From positions 1 to 63,803 of the forward strand of contig NIVC01000844.1 in assembly GCA_002269645.1 (NCBI GenBank): 63,803 nt of DNA, read 5' to 3'. Below, piece by piece: positions 48,930 through 57,358 of this stretch (the stretch's first letter is position 1; each line of letters starts with the position of its first letter). The notes beneath the pieces are model-generated. The model did no database searches, had not been told where the DNA came from, and worked only from the letters and a program-made list of their open reading frames with translations. This DNA comes from Macrostomum lignano (taxonomy: Eukaryota). A program made the position numbers and the translations under genes.

Positions 48930-49322
48930 GCAGATCCTCAGCGGCTGGGTCAGCCACCAGATCCTCATTTTCTGGACTAGCCTCCCAGATCCTCAGTTGC
49001 TGGGCCAGCCACCAGATCCTCTTTTTCTGGACCAGCATCCCAGATCCTCATTTTCTGGACCAGCATCCCAGATCCTCATTTTCTGGACCAGCATCCCAGA
49101 TCCTCATTTTCTGGACCAGCATCCCAGATCCTCATTTTCTGGACCAGCATCCCAGATCCTCATTTTCTGGACCAGCTCCCAGATCCTCTTTTTCTGGACC
49201 AGCATCCCAGATCCTCATTTTCTGGACCAGCATCCCAGATCCTCTTTTTCTGGACCAGCATCCCAGATCCTCATTTTCTGGACCAGCATCCCAGATCCTC
49301 AGTTGGTGGGACAGCCTTCCAG
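48930..49322. repeat. 28-bp minisatellite TCTGGACCAGCATCCCAGATCCTCATTT, sister of 47051-47960
   Basis: About 13 copies; same length and CCCAGATCCTCA core. Confidence 0.95.
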
Positions 49323-50080
49323 ATATCCAGTAATTCCAGTTGCTTGAGCTGCGAGATTAAAAGTTTTAAATTTGATCGATTGTAGAACGAAATAGTTAAC
49401 TGACTAAATATCATGAATTACTCGTACATAATAAATTGTATTGTCTTGCGCAGCTGTTTAGTTAGAAACCTGCAGATATCTGATATCTTTGGATTATAGC
49501 ACCGAATCAATCGTTGCGAACCTAAGTTGTGAATATTAAATTCAACTGTATTTAAAAACAATTTGAAGTATCTTATACATTAGACATTCCACCATTCCGT
49601 CCATTGTTATTTTTGTGTTGTTTCATTTTACAAGACTAAAGTACTTAAAATTTTTCAAGGTAATGTTCTTAAGAGTAAGAGAACTTATAGGGAGCATGTG
49701 TGTCCACTGGCTGTGACGCATAACACTTTTTATTTATCAGATACTTGTAATGTCTGTATATGTATTTAATAAATATCTCTTTTATTCGTTTGTTACAAAC
49801 CTATTGTAGTTTTTTTTACTGTGTTGACACAGTTTATTGTATTTAAGTACCAAAAAACATAATTTTTTTATTAAACTTGTAGTACAAGTCTTGTATTTAT
49901 TTTTTTCATGAAATATTCAGTGCAGTATTTAGTTGTTATAGCTATGGTGACTCAATTAGTTTAATTTCAACCGGCTGGATCTGTCTGTCTACTGCTGCTA
50001 AAAGACGTCGATTGACTGTTTAAAACTGTGAGTAGTTTTGTATGCTTAGATGTAAATTTTTATTAGTAAGAGATTTATCA

Positions 50081-50178
50081 ATGATGACCTCGAATGTCTA
50101 ATTTGAGTCTAGAGAGTGACTATATTTGTTTATAGTTGCTCGTGAGTACCTTGAAATTAAACAAGAATTACCGTCTGA
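50081..50178 (+). ncRNA. Box C/D snoRNA candidate A, predicted guide for 18S U578 (yeast)/U627 (human); snR77/SNORD65-like
   Basis: Box C ATGATGA, box D CTGA. GAATTACCG (50165-50173) complements 18S CGGUAAUUC; the D+5 rule points to that U. Confidence 0.65.
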
Positions 50179-50245
50179 AGTATCAATACCAGATGAGGTT
50201 TGTTAATATTCCCACTTTTAATGTTACAGTTATTGGCCTATATTA

Positions 50246-50325
50246 ATGATGATAAAATTATTGTATGCAAAGATAGAATCGTGACTTTTTGCAATCTAAA
50301 GCTGATTTAATGATAATGAGACTGA
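50246..50325 (+). ncRNA. Box C/D snoRNA B, 18S Am99/100 guide family, guide interrupted by a TAATGA duplication
   Basis: ATGATGA ... AAGCTGATTTAATGA-TAATGAGA-CTGA. Confidence 0.7.
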
Positions 50326-50522
50326 ATATTTAGAGCCAGGAAACTTTATTATAAATATAGTTTGTAGCTTCTATTTTTAATATCGATCTTCCTATCAACC
50401 TGCTCCTTTTGTTTTAGGACCTCTACAGTGTATTATCGGTTCATGTGTTAAAGAAGATAGGTAAGTCAATTGCATTATTAGTTACTAAATTTAGTAGAAC
50501 AAAGGATTTTATGAATACAGCT

Positions 50523-50593
50523 TTGATGACAATCTCTATAAAAATGACCTCAAATATTATGAGTGTAACCTGAAGCTGATTTAATGAGACTGA
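50523..50593 (+). ncRNA. Box C/D snoRNA C, 18S Am99/100 guide (snR51/SNORD57-like target)
   Basis: TTGATGA ... AAGCTGATTTAATGAGA-CTGA; 15-nt complement to CUCAUUAAAUCAGCU. Confidence 0.85.
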
Positions 50594-50792
50594 ATGCTTA
50601 TCAGTAGCAATTATTTGTTCAAACAGAACTCATTTTCTTGAATTAAATTTACTTAAAACAATCAATAGCGTAACATTTTATTTCATTTTCCAGGATTGGA
50701 TTTCGGCTGTAATGGAACTGATATCTGGTAAGCTTGTTTTTTCATTTTTATTACTGTTCTTCAGTAGCAATTACTGTTTGATATTTAAGCAC

Positions 50793-50887
50793 ATGATGAC
50801 ACTTGAACATTAGAACGTAATTATTAATAAACACCTAACAAGTGGCTTATTAGTTTTACGAATTGATATTAACACCCAGCTCTCTGA
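50793..50887 (+). ncRNA. Box C/D snoRNA D, LSU C2948 (yeast numbering, snR69-like target) guide family
   Basis: ATGATGA ... TAACACCCAGCTCT-CTGA, complementary to LSU GAGCUGGGU. Confidence 0.82.
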
Positions 50888-51414
50888 AGCAATGTTTAGA
50901 ACCCAACCTAGTACTAATACACCTATTTTAATGAAATTAGCTAATCGAAATTTCATGCACAGCCATTATTTTTGTTACAGGTCGCAGTTTTAAGACCAGT
51001 TTGTGTGTAAAAGATCAAGTTACTGCTTAAATTGCACGTCATAGGGTAAGTGTAATTTATTTCCTAATAACTGTGTTATTAATTATTTAACTTTTTGCAT
51101 CAGTTTTCCACTGAGGCCTTGTGAGTGAGTAAAAGATTTATCGATTTTATGGTCGACCGTCCCTATCTAAACCCCACCTCACTCCGCTAACCCCATTTTA
51201 CTGTAGCAAGCGTGTGGAATCGGAATGGGTAAGAGAGCTTTATCGATTTTCTCGCTGGCGTCTTAACCCCACCAAATTCCCTATCTTATCTGCCCCCACC
51301 ATTAGCCCCACCAGCTAACAGCCCCCAAGGCACGGAGTGAGTCAGTGTTGTTATCGATTTTCTGGTTGGTCGCCCCAAGCCAAGCCCCACCCCATTTTTA
51401 GGTTATTTTGTGCC

Positions 51415-51867
51415 CTAGGGATTGCAAAATCCCGGATTTTTATGATCCCGGGATCAGAATAATACAGATTTTTATGCTTTTAGGTTGAAATTTTAAGGCA
51501 AAATATGCGCTAAACGCTTTTTTGCTTACTTTTTTATTGTTATAGAGATAATGATCTATTTGTAGATGATAAACAGCATTATCTTGTGACCTATTAAAGT
51601 AAGTAGTATAAATGTACTAATTAGTAGTAAAAAAGCAAATTATATCAAAATTTAAATTGGAATTAATTTCACATTTAAATCTATGATGCGGGGTTTAAAA
51701 AGGTGCCACGCGACGTGAGGCAATTAACGGAAATTAGCGCAGTATAATAAACTAATTGTGGGCCTAATTATGTTTATATTACAGCACTTTTTGTAAAAAA
51801 TATTAACAAAAATTAGTTTCGGGATTTGGGGTCCCAAATCCCGGGATCCCGGGATTGCAATCCCTAG
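51415..51867. mobile_element. MITE-like insertion with 12-bp terminal inverted repeat CTAGGGATTGCA
   Basis: Ends CTAGGGATTGCA...TGCAATCCCTAG, subterminal (A)TCCCGGGAT repeats, AT-rich middle; TSD at most TA. Confidence 0.8.
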
Positions 51868-52036
51868 CCCACTAGCGTTACTTTATCCGCATATAGCTTG
51901 TGACTACTGGTTTTAAAGTGACAACAACCTCCATTCCCCATAATACGTACGGGGTTAATTTCTCCCTTTGCGTATCTGAAACTTTGATACGTTTTTTTCT
52001 GGTAAAGTTTAATTTAATGTACTCGTAGATTTGCTG

Positions 52037-52104
52037 ATGATGAATTTTTAAACAATAAATGATCGCAATGTGATTGCAATCCAAAGCTGATTTAATGAGA
52101 CTGA
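52037..52104 (+). ncRNA. Box C/D snoRNA E, 18S Am99/100 guide
   Basis: ATGATGA ... AAAGCTGATTTAATGAGA-CTGA. Confidence 0.87.
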
Positions 52105-52290
52105 AATAGCATTTCTGTGTTCGTAAAATTTTTTCGCAGGTATTTATTCAAAATTCACATGCTGTTACGCTACAGCTCTGCAATTCGTTCCAATTTTAGA
52201 TTTGTTGATGAAGTGCTTCTATTTCATTGCCAATGGTAAGCTTGCCCCGTGTTATTTTTGGAAGCTACTGTACTCCGTTCAGTATTAAAA

Positions 52291-52374
52291 GTGATGACAT
52301 TCGAACATTCGATAGCAATGGACACTTTTAGTGGCTCATTGTTTTCTAAGTGATAATAACACCCAGCTCTCTGA
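52291..52374 (+). ncRNA. Box C/D snoRNA F, LSU C2948 guide family
   Basis: GTGATGA ... TAACACCCAGCTCT-CTGA. Confidence 0.82.
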
Positions 52375-52558
52375 ATAGTGATTTTATATTTGGTTTTTGA
52401 ATGTGAATTTTGTTCTATTTGAAATTTGAAGCATTACAGTCTCGCCTTTGCATTTGCAGGCATTGAAATCGAGAAAAAATTACCATGGTTCATGACACTG
52501 ACAAGGTAAGAAAGCAAGTCTGAAATAGTTGTACTCATTTTATTTTTAAAACATTTTT

Positions 52559-52622
52559 AGGATGAATTTATATTTTATGAAAATTTTTGTGATTAACACA
52601 AAAGCTGATTTAATGAGACTGA
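52559..52622 (+). ncRNA. Box C/D snoRNA G, 18S Am99/100 guide, degenerate box C
   Basis: Box C reads AGGATGA; guide and box D intact. Confidence 0.7.
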
Positions 52623-52819
52623 CAATTCTTTATACGAGCTTAGATTAGGAGTTGGAAGTTGTTAATATCGTTGCCACTGAACTATTCCTTTTTTTACTAT
52701 TGCAGACCTCAGTGTTCATTTCGAGAAGATTCTGCGAAAGTCAATAAATTTGATCTACTGTAAGTAGTTAGTTCGATCATACTTTTCGTTGTATTTTTAA
52801 CTACGATATTTTTCCAAAT

Positions 52820-52887
52820 ATGATGACCTTTGAACATTTGAATGCAGGATTCCATCCGACTATTTGATATTAACCCCAGCTCTCTGA
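52820..52887 (+). ncRNA. Box C/D snoRNA H, LSU C2948 guide family
   Basis: ATGATGA ... TAACCCCAGCTCT-CTGA. Confidence 0.83.
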
Positions 52888-53097
52888 ACTTTCGTTGAAC
52901 TTATATTTTTGTACTTTTGATTTGGCTACATGCACTTTTCGTAACCAAAATAATTTGATCTTAATAAACAAACATTTCTATTTTTTAGACTTGCTGAAAA
53001 CACTCAAATTTGATTGGAAATTGGCTAAAGTGTAAGCAATAGCTCTTATTCATGTTTAATTTCGTTATATATTTTTCACTTCATTAAACGTAAAAAT

Positions 53098-53182
53098 ATG
53101 ATGAAAATCGAACAGTTGACTAAAGTTCATCGTACAAGCGAATGGTGTACTTTTATCTTTGATATAAACCCGAGCTCTCTGA
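53098..53182 (+). ncRNA. Box C/D snoRNA I, LSU C2948 guide family (extra G in guide)
   Basis: ATGATGA ... TAAACCCGAGCTCT-CTGA. Confidence 0.75.
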
Positions 53183-53356
53183 GAATTATACAGTATTATA
53201 AACCTTTTAAAATAATTTAAAATACTTAAATTAAATTTGATATACCAAATACACAGGGCTGTTTATTTTTCAGATCGCACATGGAGCCTTATTTGTTTCT
53301 CGATTGCTCTTGTAACAAGTTCATAATTTATTTAAATATCAAAACCCAATATCAAT

Positions 53357-53425
53357 ATGATGATACTTTATTAAATATTTGATCACAACCGTGACCTTAC
53401 ACTAAAGCTGATTTAATGAGACTGA
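53357..53425 (+). ncRNA. Box C/D snoRNA J, 18S Am99/100 guide
   Basis: ATGATGA ... AAAGCTGATTTAATGAGA-CTGA; flanking AATATCA/TGATATT inverted repeat. Confidence 0.88.
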
Positions 53426-53620
53426 TATTTTGCACTCTGCGATAATATTACTTAATAATATCTAAATTTCTCGTACATTTTCTCATGATATTTTTTCTCT
53501 ATTTCTTTTAGAACTAATTAATTGAAGCTGAAGTCGAAAATTGGAATTTAAAGATAATATCAGTAAGTATAAAATGATTTTTTAATCATGAAAAAATATT
53601 GAGTTATTAAATGGTTGAAA

Positions 53621-53692
53621 ATGATGAAAGATTTACATAGTTGAGTGATTTAATCTCTGATGATCATTCGAAAGCTGATTTAATGAGACTGA
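53621..53692 (+). ncRNA. Box C/D snoRNA K, 18S Am99/100 guide with canonical D' box
   Basis: ATGATGA; D' CTGA at 53657-53660 followed by TGATCA; guide plus box D at 53689-53692. Confidence 0.87.
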
Positions 53693-54334
53693 AAATTGTC
53701 TACTCATTCATTTTTATTTTTATCTTTTCGCGTCAAAGTTTGTGTTTTTTAACAAATAATTTTTAACATCTAATTTTAGATGGAAACTGATCTCAACAGT
53801 TAAAGTAAGTGACATACTAATAACTTGGAAAGGAATTTAATACTGTAAAACTCCATGTTTTTGGTTGGTATTAAGAAGATTCAAAAAGCCGCTTGAATGC
53901 TTAGCAAAACAGCTTTCTACTTACACTACAGTAGTAGAGAAGAATACATAAGCTATTTTATAAAAATAAAGGCAGCTAAAATAACTTCGATAAGATTAGA
54001 AGCCCACAAGCTTGCTAATTGGTTCAGCAATAATGTACATTAGCCAGTCTACTGAATGTACATGCAGCTTTAGGCTGGAATTCCGAGAAATCAATGAAAA
54101 TTTGGGCGGGCGGGGGGGTAGTGTGAAAAGGCGCCGTCGGAAGGTTTACGCTCTTAAGGAGGGGTAAGACTGAGCCAATAAACTTCCTACTTACTACTTA
54201 CTTACTACTGAACTGAAAGTAGCTTGCACGCAAATGTGCTGAGTGGCCCATCCTGCGGTTTGTGCACGAAAATTGACCAGTTCAGGGGCTGTCGTGCGAT
54301 TCACTTTGAAACGTTACTTTTGCACAAAAACAAT

Positions 54335-54436
54335 ATGATGACAATTGAACATTTGAACTGCTTTAGTGCTAGACAAATATTAAGCCTATTTGTTTATCCA
54401 AAAGCTAAAAATTGCAATTAAACCCCAGCTCTCTGA
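54335..54436 (+). ncRNA. Box C/D snoRNA L, LSU C2948 guide family
   Basis: ATGATGA ... TAAACCCCAGCTCT-CTGA. Confidence 0.82.
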
Positions 54437-54624
54437 GACTCTTTGATTTTATATTATTATTTTAAGACCTATTGGATTTCTTAGAATGTTTAACTTTTCG
54501 TCAAAAATTTTGTTATTTCAGATTTCCCTTGTAAAATTTTCGGTCTTCTGTTCCAAGTTATAAAGTAAGTATTACGAAACTATCTATATATATTTAGTTA
54601 TTAAGCATTTCACGTTCTAAACAC

Positions 54625-54722
54625 ATGATGAAGTTGAACATTTGAGACCGGATTGTAGCAAATTCTTTAAAAAAGTGTTTTGTGCTTTCGCGGTTTATTT
54701 GAAATTAACCCCAGCTCTCTGA
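54625..54722 (+). ncRNA. Box C/D snoRNA M, LSU C2948 guide family
   Basis: ATGATGA ... TAACCCCAGCTCT-CTGA; flanks AAACAC and GTGCGTGTTT can pair. Confidence 0.83.
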
Positions 54723-54864
54723 GTGCGTGTTTGATCAGTTTTGAGAAAACATGTCTCATTATACTAGATATCGGTTCAAATTATTTCAATATTTCTTATC
54801 ATCATTTTGCCTTTCAGATTGAACTCCAGGCAGCAAACAGCGGGAATAAAGAAGTTTATAGGAT

Positions 54865-55180
54865 GTGTAGAATGTACTTTTTACTCTCATAGAATGTGTA
54901 GAGTGTACTTTTCATCTCAGAATGTGTAGAGTGTACTTTTCATCTTATAGAGTGAGAGTGTACTTTTAATCTCATGGAGTATGTAGACTGTAGTGTACTT
55001 TTCATCTCATGGAGTGTGTAGAGTGTATGGTATCTATTAATGTACTTTTTATCTTGTGGTATGTAGAATGTACTTTTCATCTGATAGTCGCATAGTGTGT
55101 AGATAATGCTTTTCGACTCAGTTTGTAGAATGTACTTTTTAGTTTCTAGAATGTGTTGAATTTACTTTTCAGTTTCTAAG
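54865..55180. repeat. Degenerate TGTAGAATGTACTTTTCATCT tandem repeat
   Basis: About 10 loosely conserved units. Confidence 0.75.
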
Positions 55181-55217
55181 AATCCTACTAAAGTGTTTTT
55201 TTACACGTAATTTCCAG

Positions 55218-55611
55218 CAACCAACAATTGATTGGCTGGGTTACGCAACCGATTTGCTGATTGATCGGCTGGCTGCGCTGGCTTCTGATTGGCTGGCCGC
55301 TGCGCCTGCAGATGCGCTGCAGCACAATCGACATCAAATGTGGCTGGCTTGCTGCCATTGGACTAATACAAGGTTTGTGTCTGCGGGCTAAGCTTTATTG
55401 CTGTGACCGAGTGCGGACTGATCGCTGTAGCTAGCTGTCTGCCTGTCCGTCTCGCTGTCTGTCTGTCTATGTTTCCGTCTGCTGTGTCTGTCTGCCTGTT
55501 CCTGTCTGTCTGTCGGTCTGTCGGCTGGCTGTCTGTCTGACTGTCTTAGCGTCTGTGTCTGTCTGTCTGCCTGTCTGTCTGTCTGTGTGTTTGTCTGCCT
55601 GCCTGCCTGCC

Positions 55612-55654
<43 letters not shown>

Positions 55655-56454
55655 GTGTTTGTCTGTCTGCCTGCCTGCCTGCCTGTCTGTCCATCTGCCG
55701 CTGCCTGTCTGTCTATTTGCTCATGCAACAGATGATCCAACCTCTCGCCGCCCACAGGGTGGTCCACTGCCCCGGCCTGAACCGGCCCGCCCTGGTCCCG
55801 TACTTCGACCTGTTCAACCACTCGCCAGCCGTGTCCGCGGTGACCTCATTCAACACCGAGACGCGCTCTCTAGTGCTAACCACTAAAACAGCTTATCAAG
55901 CTGGCGACCAGGTCTATATTAACTACGGTAACCATAGCAACTTGACGCTACTATTAGAATACGATTTTGTTCTCGAGTCGACTAATCCTACTGAGCACGA
56001 CTGCGTGCCTGTGAGTTTGAGCAATGTAGCAGATGTACTGTCTGCTAAACAGCAGCACATTGTTGACTTCTTGAACCAGCTTGCCCATATTGGCATGTGT
56101 CCTCCGGCTGATGCACTTTTATCCGATCGTCTGTTGCTGTTAAAGTACATTCATTTGTCTGTTGACGGGCCAAGCTACTATCTGCTATTGCTGCTCGTGT
56201 TTCTTTCTGAATCAACGGACAAGCGTCTTATTGATATTGTACACTCCATGAGCGAAGATCAGCTGACGAATTGCGTCCGGCGTCAACTCCGATTGATGTA
56301 CAAAGCGTTGAAGATTGAACTACTTCGCGACCGGAATTGGCTTGTTAAACTGGCTATGGAATCTCATCATGAGATTTGTAGGCTAATTAGTAACTGTGTT
56401 CAACTGATTGACATCTGGTGTAATATTGTCAACTGTTTGATTGATAGCCAGTGA
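55218..56454 (+). CDS. SETD4: SETD4-like SET-domain methyltransferase, C-terminal half only
   Basis: Exons 55218-55372 and 55758-56454 join as HWTNTR|VVHC; ALVPYFDLFNHSP and QVYINYGNHSNLTLLLEYDFV match SETD4/Rubisco-LSMT-type SET motifs. No N-terminal SET exons found upstream. Confidence 0.75.
55435..55715. repeat. (CTGT)n-type microsatellite in the SETD4 intron
   Basis: Direct reading. Confidence 0.93.
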
Positions 56455-56639
56455 CTTTCTGTGCTTGTTAACAATTTATTGTGCATAAATAAAACATAAA
56501 TTAGGTTGTTTGTTTTCGAGTCAATTTTATAAAAATAAAGGTGTGTACATGTATTTTGTTTAATTTATTTGCGGTTTCTAAGAGATTATATATTACTTCA
56601 TAGAAACAGCAAAATTTACTTTCTTGGAAGCATCTCCAA

Positions 56640-57205
56640 GTCTTTCTTAGAAATATCTCCGAGTCTGTCATCTTTCTTAGAAATATCTCCAAGTATGTCA
56701 TCTTTCTTTGAAATATCTCCGAGTCTGTCATCTTTCTTAGAAATATCTCCGAGTCTGTCATCTTTCTTAGAAATATCTCCGAGTCTGTCATCTTTTTTAG
56801 AAATATCTCCGAGTCTGTCATATTTTTTAGAAATATCTCCGAGTCTGTCATCTTTCTTAGAAATATCTCCAAGTATGTCATCTTTCTTAGAAATATCTCC
56901 GAGTCTGTCATCTTTCTTAGAAATATCTCCGAGTCTGTCATCTTTCTTAGAAATATCTCCGAGTCTGTCATATTTTTTAGAAATATCTCCGAGTCTGTCA
57001 TCTTTCTTAGAAATATCTCCAAGTATGTCATCTTTCTTAGAAATATCTCCGAGTCTGTCATCTTTCTTAGAAATATCTCCGAGTCTGTCATCTTTCTTAG
57101 AAATATCTCCGAGTCTGTCATATTTTTTAGAAATATCTCCGAGTCTGTCATCTTTCTTAGAAGCATCGCCAAGTCTGTCATCTTTCTTAGAAATATCTTC
57201 AAGTC
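56640..57205. repeat. 30-bp minisatellite TTAGAAATATCTCCGAGTCTGTCATCTTTC
   Basis: About 18 copies; variant pattern repeats every 150 bp. Confidence 0.96.
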
Positions 57206-57358
57206 TGCCAAGTCTATCATATAGTAAAAATAGTAGAAATATAATATAATAGAAATAAATAAAGAAATAAATTCTTTCATTCTTTAATAGTCTTTAGAAA
57301 ATGTCGCCCGAGTTTCATTATTATGAAGTCTATCCTTGACATTTCTTTAATGTGTTGC

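Larger units (their letters stand above)
49921..54870 (+). ncRNA. Non-coding multi-exon snoRNA host gene (GAS5/UHG-like); boundaries approximate
   Basis: Short exons between GT-AG introns, e.g. 50418-50460, 50694-50727, 50981-51045, 52200-52235, 52460-52505, 52706-52759, 52989-53031, 53512-53562, 53780-53804, 54522-54564, 54818-. Spliced frames I tested hit stops. AATAAA near 54846. Confidence 0.8.

Noticed and set aside
47051-49322. Regularly spaced 28-37-bp repeats resembling CRISPR arrays (also 6604-6930 and 61330-61858)
   Set aside because: The repeats are head-to-tail with no unique spacers, there are no cas genes, and the context is eukaryotic.
49660-49740. Possible H/ACA snoRNA (AGAGTA H-like box, hairpin, ACA at about 49723); similar weak signal at 49750-49860
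   Set aside because: There is no clear pseudouridylation pocket or second hairpin by eye. It would need snoGPS/Infernal and small-RNA data.
50418-54564. Protein-coding micro-exon gene formed by the snoRNA host exons
   Set aside because: The spliced frames I traced hit stops (e.g. TGG TCG CAG TTT TAA at 50981-50993; TTG TAA in 54522-54564), and no domain similarity was visible.
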